A stretch of 64,000 nt of DNA from Octopus sinensis (taxonomy: Eukaryota). This document shows, one piece after another, positions 36,764-50,434 of this stretch. Made by a program: the position numbers and the translations under genes. The stretch lies in the NCBI RefSeq assembly GCF_006345805.1, contig NW_021835990.1, positions 62,001 to 126,000 of the forward strand, read 5' to 3'. The notes below the pieces were generated by a model. The model saw nothing but the letters and a program-made list of their open reading frames with translations. It searched no databases and was not told where the DNA came from. Each line of letters begins with the position of its first letter. The stretch's first letter is position 1.

Positions 36764-36984
36764 GAGAGAGGCTTCGAATTATGCTGATAATGTGAGGTCT
36801 CTCACTTCTGGAATGGTGGAGTTGAATTGTGTGGGCTGTCGATATCTCCCCGTATCTGCAGATGAACAGACCAGAATAATTGATTTGACTCGCTAATTCA
36901 TTTTTTTAGTTATTCATTCACAAATTATTATTTGCATAAAAATAAAACTAGCCAAGTAAATATAACTGATTGTAGTGATGTTTT

Positions 36985-37660
36985 TTGACGAGTGCAGAGC
37001 TTCGACTCGTTGACGACAATAATGTCTGGATGGCCGCTGTTCACCATCTCAACGAAGTCGTGATGCCGTCTCTTGATAGATCAGGCATTCACAGCGATTA
37101 TTTTGATCGTGGCTATGTTGCTGAATTGCTCCCTTCTAGCAGGAGCTCTTGCAGCATATCCATATCCACTCCAAGTTTGGTCAGGGCTCCTACACAACGG
37201 CGGAAGAATTCCAGTTGGGAATCTCTGTTGTGTAGGTCCTGATCCGAGTGGGGACCTCTTTGTGGCAAAGCTTTGTCACGGTGAGGTTTTGCCTTCTTAT
37301 GAGGCACAGGCAAGCGGACCACTTCTGAGTTATGGCACTCATTAGTGGTTGTCTTCGAGCTTGTGAGTGTGCTGGGGGCCGGCGACGTCTGAGTAGAGAC
37401 ATCGACTTTGGACGGACTTGGGGAGACCCTTTTGTCCAGACTGACTTTATCGGTTCGGCTTTTACCCAGCGTACTGGGCTTTTAGTCTGTGGCTTCTTCG
37501 CAACCCTTGAGGCTGCTGTTGCTGCTTTGGCAGACGGACATCCACCGTAGCACGCCAAGTGCCCAGTGTTCTTGCAGTTAATGCAAGTTTTTGCAGCTGG
37601 GACACTTCGCTTGAAGGAAAGATCGTAAAATATAAATTTGCGTTCTTTGGACATTTCGCC
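36985..37660 (-). mobile_element. Jockey-like LINE remnant: gag zinc knuckle and APE start
   Basis: CINCKNTGHLACYGGCP knuckle, followed by IKIIAVNA*SIK..PDIIVVNESKL. Confidence 0.7.
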
Positions 37661-38194
37661 AGCTCTGATTCATCAAAGAAAACCATGATGTTAAAAATAT
37701 TACTGAAAAGAAAAGTCATGGCCAACCGAGGACTCGATGTGTAGTCTAAGCACTATAGTCAGGAATATGGCAAAGTGTGCTTTTATATTTATCTTATAAA
37801 TCCACATCGGCGCTGTCAAATGCGTCCAGAGTGTGGTTATCATGACGATATTCTCTCCACGGGAGGTAATATGCAGGGATTAGCATGGATTCACTTAATG
37901 CTGCCTGCACTCAGTCGAATTGGCGGTGTTCCTCTCAATTTTCTCTTATTGGGGGAAATTAGGGATGTCTGCGCTGATTTACTCTCAGTCTTTTGATAAT
38001 TAAACCGTCTCTGCTTCACTAGTTGTATCAATTAGGACGCGATGACACACTAATTCCATTAAGTTTTAAATTTTCATGATTTTCCTAGTGTTTTTTCTCC
38101 CGCTTACACCACAAATTGCTAATGATCTTTATTTATTTTATCAATTTTGTCGAAAATCTCTTGTATTGTGGAGCCATTCTTTTCATTGCTTAAG

Positions 38195-41100
38195 TCAGTA
38201 GAAAATTACACTTATTGAATGTCCATAGTACTCCTCATGTTTGCAATGCGGTTGACCTATGATCGAAATTTGAGTGGAATCGTCCTCCAGGTTTGTCCAA
38301 GTGGGAGGGATGTGCAGTGCATGAATAAGTGATAAAAAAACAAGTTCTACTCGTAGTAAAACTGCTGTTAAAGGCATTAATAGGGGGAGCAGGCATATAT
38401 GTGAATTCTTCCATCAAGATCGGCGACAGCCAGATTGTTCTAACGTAGATAGATAAAGCAACATTTCCCTCGTCGAAAGCAATGCGAGTGTTCTTGGCGA
38501 ATTTGATGCAACGCGTCTTTAAGAACTTCATGTTTCTACAGTTTATAAACTGAATGGAGGAATCTTGACTAGAACTGAATATTATGACATCCTGATCAAC
38601 CAGGCCAAAAGGTTAAATGTAGAATGATACGCAGAACATGAAATACTCACGGGAAATCTAAATTTGTCGACGAGGCGTGTGAGCTGAGAATCATAGGAGG
38701 AAATCTGTCCGTTCTGTCTTAAAACATAAGTATAAACACATACAGTACACACATCAATGGGATGACATGGGAAGAGTCAAATACAATCAACGAGACAGGA
38801 GAATCCCCCACTTTCTTGATTTTGGAGGGCCAAGAACTAATTTATGACAGCAAACGTGGTAAATTTGGTGCGCAAGTCATATAACAGCATACTGCCCGTG
38901 GAAGTGCCAACAACGAGAGTTTTAGTCCCAAATTCGTCAAAAGCCATGCAAGTGACGAGACAGTGAGCAACATCCAAATTCTACTCGCACTGCCAGACAA
39001 ACGACAACCTCGTGAAAAAGTTCAGTCTCCAGATTCCACATTGAAATGCTTTGTTTATGAGAGATGGCCAGTAAACCACACGACTGACTCCAGGATGAAA
39101 GAACATTCATTTCCTCGCCTACAAACAAACAAGTACAACTCGAGGCAGCCATCCATGACCGGACGCGCTCATAAGTGGGTTGCCGCGATATACACAAACA
39201 ATGTGGTTATCTGACTACATTAATGCAATGCACTGACGAGATATTGTCAGCAAGTGGGCATTGTCGTGCTCGTTTATAATTTCCAAACAAGAAATGTCTG
39301 ATTCCGAGGATATTATGTGGTTCAGTGCTCCCTTCCTGTCCATCACACTACCCCAATGAACAAGTGAGGTATACCTAATTTCAGTCCCATCGTGCACTAT
39401 GAATAGTTCTGACGTGAATTTGTTGTATTTTAACAATATACGACACTCCTTTGTCACGGACAGCGTCAACGATTTAGTTTTCTTGAAAGAGGAATGATCT
39501 GCCCATCAGAAACCTCAGTAATACCGTCAAAAATACAATTCTGGAATTTAAAGGACAAGAAAGATCTGATTTGGTGTTCGTTATCTTTATTGCACAAACG
39601 ACATTGGTTGATTAAGGACGCGGTGTTGAAGCTGGGGCGGACAAACTCGTCAATAAGTTTATCGAACAAGTCCAATTTTTGAGTGACACGATCGAATTCG
39701 GTTTTGACGGACTTAATAAGCATTAAGCGTACCTCCGGGTTGGTCATCGAGTTTTCATAGAGGGAGACAATGGCGAGTATAATTTCCGTTTCGGGGGTGG
39801 TTGTTTGAGGAAAATTAAGTTGCTTCCCAAATTCTAGGCATTTCTTCAAAAAGTAAAAAATCAATCCCCGTCGATCTGGATCTACTGAGGGAGCTAGGAA
39901 ACAAGGAAGATAGGCGATGAGTATTCCACCCACCAAGAATAATGACTCCTACAACTCCTAATGAAGCACATACAAGTTGATTGAGGAAACAAATTTCTTT
40001 ATAGTAGACAGTCCGAGCAGTATCGACTGCCTTGTTGAGAGATTGGAGTGTGTTTAGACACATGTCCGCCCGCGAGTCCCAGTCAACCAGAATTGATCGA
40101 ATGGAATACATCGCCACTGACCTGATCTTGTCGTAATTCACCACGATATACCAGAAAACAGGAATCCTTCACGAGCTGACAAAGTTGGTAGATCACATCC
40201 AATTTGAGGGCGACTGATTGACGGTATTTGTTTTTCTGGCATATCTAAAGTGAGTTTGACAGTAAACACTTTGGCGAGCAAGAAGAGGTAGACCAACAAA
40301 TATTGGCGATCGGCGGATCGTAAATAGTCGAGGCACAGGTCGACTACATCCCTGGCATTAATGAAATACTACAGTCACGAGGAGAGGCTAACCTGGTTGG
40401 AGGGCATGGCACTTGCCAAAATAGCCAGGAAATAGGCCGAATATGCCCTGATTTTCGGGGAGGAGGCACCACGCAAATTGTAAATAAAAAGCTTGTAGAA
40501 ATCGTCATTCATGCAGGCCTGCCGCGTTTTCTAAAGGAAATAATAAGTGAGAGAGTGCATTATCCGCTCTGAGCAGTTTTCCCCAAATATAAAATAGTTT
40601 TCTCTGCAGCTCATTCTCTGCCACCGGCAATAAGTGGATGAGATAACTGGAAAACCCCACGGCCACCACCTCACAAGTAGGGAAAATAACAACCTTATGA
40701 ACTTGCTCCTCGCCCATTGTCTCGACGTAGTCTGCAAGAGCACAGATAGCCCGAGTGCGGTTGGTTTGAACCAAAATGGCCCGCAATGTCAGAAATGTGC
40801 AAACCTGGAGCATTGCCGGCAACAGTTGTCCGTTGTTTCGGTGAAGTTGAGTGTAAGCCTGGAACGACGTGATCACTTTATCAAAAAAATCATTCCCAAT
40901 GGTTATCCCTTCGGAACTTTCTCCCTCTTTCAGGAAAGAGATTGCTTCGTCGAGGACAGAGTGCCAGAGATTCCACAGGTTGTGAGTTTTCGTGTAGGGG
41001 AGTGAGGGGACTGAGACAGGGTGGGCATCCAGACAGCCCAGAATGTGAGTGGCCAGCATATAATTCCTGAATAGACAGGAGGAGAGAATATCCCCTCTGA

Positions 41101-42101
41101 ACAATTTGGTGAACTGGGCTGAATTGAATCCCCACGGCAACCTGGAGGAAGAAGGTCGAATGCAATGCAGTCTTGAATGGCCGTGAGAATCCACTGCAGT
41201 TGTCCGTGCAGAGTCTTCCGGTCTTTCGGGCTGCCGGCCAGTCTATGTGAGTGAAGTGAATGCAATACTCGACTGGCAGGAACTCCCCGTGGGACGCGTG
41301 CCTGCTCCACATTTGACTAATAATGGGAAGCGAGGTCGTACAAATTGAGGGACAGCAGCACTGGCGATAAAAGACAGCACGTGAACAAGTCGGCGGGGAG
41401 TCCCTCAGCGCGAGGAAGTGACTCGCCGTGTGAGCAAGCAGCGAAATGAATAAACTCCTTATCGGGGAATGAGTTCTGAATGGGCCAGGAGGACTAACCT
41501 GGAAACGACTGACGATGGTGGCTGCAGATGACGTGTCGAATATGAAAATGGACGGGGCCTTGAGGTGTTCCACCATCAGCTCGTTGTCCACCTCGACCAT
41601 CCGCCCCCTGTCGACGACCCACATCTTGTCAGAGGGAGGCAGATTAACTCCACAGTAGTGGAAGACTGCCCAGTTGTCCTAATGCGTCTGCATTGCCCCA
41701 ATCACCCCAATGTGCTTCCTCGACTCTGCGCATTTGTTGAGCAGTGACGGCAGGTCAGGCTTAGTCAGGGCCTCGAATACTGTCCCTCTGTTGTCGAGAG
41801 TCCGGTAGAGTCCTTTCAGTCTATTGGCAATATCTCTGAAGGTGTAGAACGGGAATCTCACACGGACATCTGCAGTGTGGTGGGCAGATTAACCAATCCA
41901 AGTGAAGAGGGGGCAGATATCTATGAATAGTTCGTTCAGCTCGTCCTCCCTAATTTCGTGATTGAGCACTGCGATGACGCTCAGAGTTCTTCTCTGTCGA
42001 TAATATTACATTCCCACCTGCTCAGAGTGGCCACTCTCACGAATTACAGTCTCCTTGCATAGTTCTAATATGTAATTCACATATGACTCCGCAGTGTTCA
42101 T
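38195..42101 (-). CDS. RPTOR: Regulatory-associated protein of mTOR (Raptor), divergent, many tiny introns
   Basis: RNC domain (VFHYCG, APSIFIFDTSSAATIV, GLPADLFTCCL, GQLQWILTAI, KLFRGDILSSCLFRNYMLA..PVSVPSLP..LWNLW), then HEAT-like and WD40-like regions. The ATG at 42101 and the N-terminal frames join through 23-27 nt introns. The 3' end is approximate. Confidence 0.92.
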
Positions 42102-42149
42102 ACACTTAATTATTTATAACATTCTAATTATTTATTATTTAAGACAGTA

Positions 42150-42880
42150 GAAAAGTCTCAAGAAATAAGTGCCATCAGATGCAGGCAACTCAAAGACGGT
42201 TTGGGGGAATTGAGATCACTTACAGATGAATAAACTAATATTGTTTCTTCGAGTGCTGCACATGCGGGTGTTGCACATCCAGGGATATAAACAAAGTGCC
42301 ATAAGACAAGTCTCCATTCCTCACCAGACGGAGATAACTAAACTCAAACCAAATGGGCATTACACTGGTGGATCTGACATGATAGGTTCGTAACTTTCAG
42401 GACCGCGTCAAGTTATAATAATTGCAGAGCAGAAGATGGAGAGACCTCAGCATCTGGTTATGCCTTCATGTGTAATCATGGTAAAGCATACTCCCGCACT
42501 CCGTGACTCTCGTCTTTTACTGTGATTACACTGTTTCCGTTGACTATTAAAAAATTCCTAATCCGCCAATATGAGAATAATTCTTCTGATTGGGAGAGTT
42601 ACTCTGCCACGTTGACGACGATAATAGTCACTCTGCGGGTTTTCCAGGCAACAAAAGAGAGTCTTTGAAGACTTTAAAGTATTTATTAGGGATTCCCTCT
42701 GAAGTTTGATCAATTCCTTCACATTAACTTGAATGGCACTTGGACCATACTTGCCGACACGTAGCTTTTGTGGTACCAAGGTGTGCACCACGCGCTTTTT
42801 TAACAGCAAGGATGGCAGCATTCCTTTAGGATACACTCGACTCACTCCACAAAGTGTCGTCCATCTTGGTAAGAATTCTT
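42150..42880 (-). CDS. Unidentified probable multi-exon gene immediately upstream of RPTOR
   Basis: GC-elevated open frames (e.g. 42558..42845) with composition like RPTOR. No family recognised. Confidence 0.3.
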
Positions 42881-42981
42881 TTACTTAAGTAGACAATGTT
42901 AGTTATTTCACGTCCTAGCTGTTCGCAAGACAAGTATAATCTCTATTTTTTGTCAACACAATAAGGTCTATTTTATCACAC

Positions 42982-43266
42982 TCACTCGGCTTGAATTCGA
43001 TCATACCAATGTAGTAGTAGTGAAATCGTGTACTCGTTCAATAGACGGAATAAGTTTCGTGTATTGCATAACATTGCTCCCCTACTACGCACACTCTCCT
43101 TTTCGATTCGGGCGTGGTCAACCAAGTCATATCCCTTCTTCACATCCACCCACGTCGACACTAGTAAGTTTCCGTGGTTTTCGCAATGTATTTGTTGACC
43201 AATGTCTGCTTCGTAACTCCCTGACAAAGTCTCATTCACCTCAATCTCGTACCTCAGAGCCGACAA
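42982..43266 (-). mobile_element. R2/NeSL-type RT remnant
   Basis: STWVDVKKGYDLVDH resembles the WID(Y/V)KKAYDSVxH RT motif. Confidence 0.55.
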
Positions 43267-43419
43267 TAGTCCTCAACTTTTCACCGGGTGAGTTATGAAA
43301 CCAGAATTGATCAAAATAATAGTGTCAACATTAAAAAGTAGAATTGCTAGTTAATCAATATCACTCAGATATAACTATTTTTTCCAAATTAATCAATTAA
43401 ATTCTAATTCATCCACGTT

Positions 43420-43830
43420 AATTCTTTGATTGAGAGGACGAGCGAATAGACAGGCAGTTTCAGCGCATTTCCCTCGCGATATTACGCTGAAAAAGCCAGC
43501 TAGACTCACGTCTCTTGTGACTCTTCCTCGAGATCATCAAGCCGATCTCCGAAAGGAATCGCCGATCTGCGATTTTTCCGATTCGACATGTGCGAAGGGT
43601 GAGCCAGGGCGGGAGGCAGAGTCGATGAGAGATGACGAGGAAAACGAGTCGAGACAGGTGACGTCCCAAACGAGAGCGAGTCCCCCCTTGAACGGGAATA
43701 GCGTGGACCCATAGGGACGTTTTCCGTCACCACGGTCTAACCCAACCGGTTCCAGGACCGAAGGAAATCCAGCGGCGTTGAGCGCGCGCTTAACGAAATG
43801 TAAGATTGACCAGTCCTGTCCCCTCCACAA
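43420..43830 (-). mobile_element. CRE-like LINE REL-domain fragment
   Basis: KRAL..AGFPSVLEPVGLDRGDGKRP..LVWDVTCLDSF, and a degenerate FQR..ARGNA. Confidence 0.78.
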
Positions 43831-44900
43831 GCCATATCCGGCCGGGATCTGTTCTCAATGTCAGCCTGGGGCCATCACGTTGAATCGACAGGTTTATTTT
43901 TACATGAAATGTGTGTTTTGAAGGAGTATAGACATGTGGAGTTTGTTTCTTTCGAAAATGATACAATGGTTCAGAGGTTTCTCCATTTTTAGGGGGAAAA
44001 CTGGAAATCGAAGGGCTGGAATCCTGTTTGGGAGGTATGAAGTGATGGAACAATTTCCTTTGGGAATTAAAGCAGTCGTAGTGGCCATTAATGAGCCTCC
44101 TCAAGTGATTGTTGTATTTTTGGAGGGTTAGGTGTCCAGTCGTGATGGAATTGAGTTGTTGGAGGATTCTCGGGAAGAGAATATTCGGTGGATATCCGCC
44201 CAGTTGGGATTGGTCGTTGTTGGGTGGATTTTTATGGATTTGGTGTCAGCAGATTCGAGTGCTGGGACTGTAAAGCACTTTCGGGGGAATGATGTTGTTT
44301 GGAGTGTTTATATTGCTAGAAATCGTATTATTTGAGCTCGCAGGAATGTATAACTGCGGCCTATCATCAGAACAAGTATCCGAATCCGTGCAAATTGGCC
44401 GACGGGGGTTATTATGTGTCCAAATTTGTGACAGTCGTGGCCACTGGTTGTTCTAATAGAAATACTTGCAGGCGGACAAGACATGCAAATCCATCTCGAG
44501 GCATACCAGGCTTCTGTGCAGTGTATGGTGAAGGAAGGACTGCTTGTGCCCACTATCGGGTGTTCTGGGATGTCATACGTAAAGGAATCAACTGACAATC
44601 AGTATGTCCCTGACGTATTTTATGTGGTCGGTTACTTGGGGTAGAAATGTCTAGAAAACTGACTGTTACGGCAATAATGTAAAGCAACTGACCAGACCAG
44701 TACCCAACGAGTTCCTCATTACTGATTTGTGAGTGGGAACTCCCAAGACCAATGTCTCACTCTCTCTTGCGTGCGTCAAACATTGTCATAAAAGAACTTC
44801 CTCCAATTGATTTCGATAACGTCGATTTTTACTAAAATGTTCGAATTGTTTTGATACGCGGGTAATGTATGTCGCGCTAATATGTGGATGACTGACCCAA
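43826..44900 (+). pseudogene. NPLOC4: NPL4 (p97 cofactor), 3' part only, with an apparent stop and frameshift near 43990
   Basis: HKPYPAGICSQCQPGAITLNRQ, AINEPPQ, GWIFMDLV, ECITAAYHQNKYPNPC, SKFVTVVATG, QYVPDVFY, RPVPNEFLI. Begins abruptly at the CRE-like fragment. Could be a real gene with assembly errors. Confidence 0.85.
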
Positions 44901-44949
44901 TTGTTCGGTGCAATCTCGGGAGTTTAGAAGGACAGCAAAGGAGTATATT

Positions 44950-45430
44950 TACAAGTCATCGCCTACGCCTGCCTCGAGTACGAGGAGTACCCAACTGGAA
45001 AAAATATCCATCTCGAACATTAGGGAATTTGTCCCTGCATTGAGAAATGAGCGAGGAGGTCAGTCAACTGATCTTGCAGTTCACTCACAACCTTATCAAT
45101 CCACCAACACATACTCGTTCATTCTTTTCCTTGGTATTCTTCAATTGCATGTCCATTTCGGCCTACTTAGCATTCATTTTGACTCTGTTAGCAATGAGTA
45201 GTTCATTGTGACTGGTCACCTCCCGCACTTTACTCATGGCCTCCCTCAATGCAGCTGCACATGAAACACACCAATGCCCTCCAATTTATTTATTTGTTTG
45301 GACTGATTATCGACTTGTATTTCACCCAATTCCTTATCCTACTATGCCCAGGAAAGCACACTTTGGCCTCGATGGCGTCTTTCATTTCTGCAAACTTGGT
45401 CTGATAGCACATGTGTTGTCTGTCGAGTTG
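44950..45430 (-). pseudogene. BRAP: BRAP/IMP C-terminal coiled-coil fragment, convergent with NPL4
   Basis: NELLIANR..VVSELQDQLTDLLAHFSMQGQI aligns by eye to BRAP NKCLRANQ..EIQEQLRDVMFYLETQQKI. One in-frame TAG; RING and UBP regions absent. Confidence 0.55.
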
Positions 45431-45555
45431 GTTGATGTACTGCAATGGGCGGGGGGATTTTTTATTTCAAATGTATTTTTTTAACTAAAAATGTATTATT
45501 TATATAAAATAAAAATTAATAATAATAATTTCAGTGTTTATTGTTGTATGCAATC

Positions 45556-46045
45556 ATGGAGAATACCAATGAAAATGATTTAATCGTCCCATATTACAGG
45601 CTACGAAGGATTGATGTTTACACTCAGAATGATCTCCTTAAACCATGGAGAACGAGAACATGTATGATTTTACTAATCTAGTGTAGATTCTGCACCCAAA
45701 CCTTCACAAAGAACGAGTACAAGTACCCAAACCTCCCCGACAAAAACGGTAAAAAATACAAGTAGTTTTGAAAATGTATATTTTGTAGATTTTTCTAGTC
45801 AAGGAAATAATGAAAATACCCAGTCATCAACACAAAAACGAAAGCGACGAGAATTGTTCACTCCTGCTCAAAATTTAGAACTTGAAAAACGATTTAGAAT
45901 CCAGAGATATTTGTTGGCCACCGAAAGAGACGAAATCTCACGGAAAATCAACCTGAGTTCAACTCAAATAAAAACATGGTTTCAAAATCAACGCTATAAA
46001 AACAAAAAAATGATTCAAGAAAGAGAAAAGAAACCTTTATTCTAA
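45556..46045 (+). CDS. NK2-class homeobox protein
   Basis: KRKRRELFTPAQNLELEKRF..YLLATERDEI..QIKTWFQNQRYK, with the Tyr54 characteristic of the NK2 class. Upstream exons are tentative. Confidence 0.88.
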
Positions 46046-46429
46046 TTTTAATACCAAAAAATTCAATTGGCATTGAAAGTTCATTTTTTAAACTTCAAAT
46101 CTATTATAATAACTAGGCCGATTTTTTAAGCTAAAAATAAAAAAAATAAACCAAAAAATAACTTGATTACCCTAAGAACTAGAAAAATTAACCTAAAAAT
46201 TTAAGTTAAAGATTAAATAAAAACACTAAAACTTTTTGTTACACATACAAATTACAGAATTTCTGAATTTTCCGCTTGAAAATTTCGGTTGGATCTTGGA
46301 AAATTTTTTATCTCAAAGAAACATCTTTCAACTGAGCACGAATATATGCACGAGCATATATTTAAGAAATATAAAAACCTAACCATTAGAGTCTAATAAT
46401 CTTTAGTTAGACTCTAATGTTTCTTCTTT

Positions 46430-46720
46430 TAGGACAGCTACTCCGCTGACATGTTACGTATCAACATCTCTTCTTTTCTTATTGTAGTAAGAGAATCAAC
46501 TCCTCTGATGGGTTTACTGACATTCCCAGTTCTTTTCTTCTAGCGATAAGACTATTGGTTCCCTTTGAAACTTGATGGTTGTCAACCCTCTTGCCATGTC
46601 TATGTTCAGCGTTTATTCCCTCCATGCTTTTCTTGATTGTCTTATAAAGTGTCAAACCAGTGGTAAAAATCTTGTTGGTGCAGTCGTAGAATATTTTAAA
46701 ACGAATTTTATTTCGCTTAA
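46430..46720 (-). mobile_element. 3' remnant of the same R2/NeSL-type family as 34680-36316
   Basis: KKSMEGINAEHRHGKRVDN resembles KRTLESMLIEHRHGMKVDN. Confidence 0.55.
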
Positions 46721-46809
46721 TAAAATCGTTAAAGCTAATTAAAAAGAGAATTGACCATGAAGTGATTACTCTACATTGTATTATCCACCAAGAAACACTA
46801 TCTCTGCAA

Positions 46810-47762
46810 ACGTTACCTAAAGAAATTTTAGAAGTGATGGAATTGGTCATAAAGATTACTAACTTCATTATATCATGAGTAATATATTATTTAGTATATA
46901 TTCGAGGGACTTAAACATCGGCTATTTAAAGATTTGTTAAACGAAACCAACAATGAGTATACTGATCTTCTTAAATACAACAAAGTTCGTTGGCTTTCGA
47001 GAGAGAACGTTCTTAATTGGTTTGCATCTTCAAACTTTTTTAAAATGAAAAAAAAATTATGATGACTAATTAAGACCAATGGCTGCAGAATTTTTATTTT
47101 ATAGTTGACATAACATCTAAATTAAACAAACTTAATTCAAAATTGCAAAGAAGTGGATTCAAAATCATGTTTGATCAAGTGATAATTTGAAAAAAATTAA
47201 TCTGTTTGAAGAGGATATAGTACAGGATATTTTACATTTTCCTAAATTACGCCAATATTTGGAAGAAAATAATCGAACTATAAATAAAACTTATTTTTAA
47301 AATGAATCTTTCAATGACAGTTTCAAAATGAATGTTTAAATGTTAAAATGTTTAAGGATTTTAGAAAAGAAAAGGCAACTCTATCGTTCGTTATAAACCC
47401 TCTATGTGCTAAAGTCAGCATTTTAAATTTATTGCCATTTGGGTCGTCTTAATATGTGTGAAAAAAGTTTTTCGCACATGAATTATATAAAATCGAATTT
47501 AGAAAAAAATAGATTCGAATCTGGAGTCTAACCTCAGGTTAAAATTAACGGGTTACAACCCAGACATTAGCCAACTCACCAGAGAAATGAGAAATCACAT
47601 TTCTCATTAATGAGTTTAATTAATTTTATTTTTTAACTGAATGTCTAATTAATTTTATGAATTATTGATTTGAACAAGTGGTAAAAGAAGGCTCTTCCAT
47701 TTTTCAAAATTTCCAAAAATGTTAAAAATTGGCACTTCTCTAAAAGTATTTGCCGACCCCTG
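46810..47762 (+). mobile_element. hAT (Charlie/Buster, GTF2IRD2-like) remnant with right TIR
   Basis: Degenerate LN(H)RLFKDLL..EYTDLLKYNKVRWLSRENVL. Ends TTGCCGACCCCTG, the reverse complement of CAGGGGTCGGCAA. Confidence 0.75.
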
Positions 47763-49369
47763 ACCTATGTGATGTTAAAAAACTTATGATTCCAATCAAG
47801 GCCGATAAAGCCTAGAACGACTAACTTATTAAAAGAAAACGCAGCACATTTGAACGTGGAAATTTCTAAATTCAAAACTTGTCTTGAGGAACTAAATGTA
47901 CAAGTTAAAAAAGTGAACGGTAGTCTTGGAAACCAACGAAAATTCTTTTTCGGATAACCATAAATCTGTAATTGTAATATATAATTTTGGCGTGTTTCTT
48001 ACTTGTTGTTTATGACGCGTTATTTTGTAAAAGATATGGATTTGTATCGCTCATTAAAAATTTCGAAAATCAATACAGACAAAAAATCTATCGCCTTAAA
48101 AAGAAAGCTGAAAATTTTATTTCAGAATCAAATTATTCTAAATTGCAGATAAGGATTCAAAAATAATATAATATAAATCCCTCACTTGCACTCAAAAAAT
48201 TCGAAAGTCCATACGGGAAGTTTGTACAATAATTGAAATCATGCCACATAATATGGTTAAAGTACAAATGGACGATAGAACCACGAAGAAGACACTTATG
48301 AAAAAAATTAAATAACATAAATTGTCTTAATTGTTTGTCAATAAAAAACTAGTTCTTTAAAAAATCATAATAAACAGAGAAGAATTTATTACTTAGGCAT
48401 ACCACGATTTTGTGATATTTAAAACAATGATGTTAGGCGTACCTTAAATTTCTTTTCAAACTGTAAAGATGGAGCTTTCAAACAGACAGACGAATAAAAA
48501 ATATAGATTGCTGCGTTAGAAATTATTTGTGAAGCATTTTCAATTTTTCTTATATGTAAAAAATATCGAGTTGTTTGTTGTAGCGTGCGAGAATGGTTGT
48601 GTTTCCTGTGGTGCACAAAAATAAGAATATTAAAGGAGAAAAAAGTGATGAAAAACGATCGCGAACAGGATGTGATGTGGAACTTACTCAGGTAGCCCTT
48701 GAGGACGGCTGGCGTACCGTGGGGAAACCTAAACGTGTCGCTTGCCGTCCGGTCTCTAACACCCAATTCCTGCTTGAGTGGGAGAAGTATGAGGGCTTTT
48801 GCAGCTTTGAAGGGATGCTGGAAAAAGCATTAAATGGTTAAGACGGAAAAAAGATTGAATTATTGTCAAAAACCCAATTCGTTTACAGAATATCGAATAT
48901 TATAAGAAATTCTGTAAGTCAACAATATATTTAATCAAACGAGGCAATATTCAATCTATTTTATTGTTATATCAGACTCCCCTTTTATAATCCAGTCCTT
49001 CTATGCGGAGGATCGACTCCACCACCTGGTTCTCTCCATAACAAAGTATGTAATGGAACGAAACCAAATATCAAAATTCAAATAAACAGCTGTTCTGTTT
49101 TACAATGCCCTAAAAATTCACTAAAGCCGGAAGTTAAATGACGGTGTAGTCAACTGGCATAAAGAGGAGAGTGTTGACTGAAAAGAAGACTTGTTTACTT
49201 CCAAGGAGACGCACAATCCACGAACCCAATTGGTGGCAGTCACAACGTGTGTCCGAATAAGGATAATTATTAATTATATTTGTGTAACTACAAACAAACA
49301 TGTTGGGTGGTGTGCCCGGAATACAATAAAATACATTCTGGGCGAACATTGTCGGGTAGCAACCAATGA

Positions 49370-49772
49370 CGGAGATTTTACTCAACTTGGATGCGTGCAA
49401 GGAGGGGTTCGGGTTTGGGCTGATTGAGGACGAGGAAACAAAGAGTCAGCGCATCTCGAACATCGTCCTGCGGGAATGTCAGGACTGCAGGAAGGGGACA
49501 AAGTGCTGATGATTGATAAATATGACATCAACAAGTTGTCCTACAAAAAAGTCCTCGGAAAAATCAAAAAATCCAAAAAGAAGCTGCGCCTAAAAATATT
49601 GCGAAGAGAAAATCGAGGAGTCACAGAGAGTGCCCAGAGTGAGGGGACATCCGAGGAAGTAATAGTGCAACAATGTGAGGAGGGATTAGAACAAGTGCCT
49701 GAGGGTGTTCCCGAGGGAGTGCTGGAGAGAGTGCCCAATCAGAGTGTATACAGACTAATAATGGAATATTGA
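49370..49772 (+). CDS. PDZ-domain protein (NHERF/PDZK-like), frameshift near 49470
   Basis: EGFGFGLIED..ISNIV/AGMSGLQEGDKVLMID..SYKKVLGKIK..LRLKILRR has the PDZ fold pattern. The 5' extent is unknown. Confidence 0.7.
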
Positions 49773-49913
49773 AGGAGTGTGCACTGGAGAGGGATGGTGA
49801 AGAAGTAATAGTGGAAGAGGAGATATTGGAAGGAGTGTATTTAGTTCGACCTCATCGCCAACGTCATTGTCTAGTCAAGACTATATTTTGGATGTAGTAA
49901 TAACACTAATATC

Positions 49914-50434
49914 TTAATAATAATAATTCGAGTCATAATAATTCCACTGACTAGGGGGATACCCCAGGAAGTACGGATGGGGTATTGAAGGAAGCTCTGG
50001 GGGGACCACGAACTGGTGGTACTCGAATGATTCGGCAGGATGACTGGGGGTAGGGTAGACAGGGTAGGTTGGGGGGACTGCCCCCTTCACCATTCGAGGC
50101 AACTCCCGTCGTCGGGCGTTGATGAACCTGAGTTGAGTGGGGACAATACCAATTGGTCAATTGCAGCATTGTGAGCTTTGTTTGCTCACACAACTTGCGC
50201 TTCTCGTACGCGTCGGGTAGGGATACTACGACCTTGGCAGCCAATACTCACCTCCATGTGCACACACAGCCACGTCTTCAACTTGAGGATGACGTCCTTC
50301 GGAAACAGTCTTGGCTTCTTTCGATGTTTCCGAGTGTTGCTCACTGCAATAATAAGGCCACACATTTTCACATTCAGGAGAGGCCTCCGTTCCGTGCAAT
50401 CTAAGGAGTTACTCACGTGGCATACTTGCTCCAC
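49914..50434 (-). CDS. TGIF-like TALE homeobox protein
   Basis: FPKDVILKLKTWLCVH/YPYPT.YEKRKLCEQTKLTMLQLTNW/FINARRRELPRM, with 26 and 22 nt introns. Needs one extra base near 50210. Confidence 0.85.

Noticed and set aside
47510-47590. tRNA-Tyr-like sequence on the minus strand (TTGTAAC loop, GATTCGAATC)
   Set aside because: Acceptor, D and T stems cannot be formed consistently, and it lies within a hAT remnant.
47800-48330. Gypsy integrase C-terminal remnant (KFESPYGKF..NMVKVQM)
   Set aside because: Similarity too weak; no LTR or catalytic motifs found.
48419-48900. Overlapping ORFs on both strands
   Set aside because: No family motif recognised, and the coding strand could not be decided.
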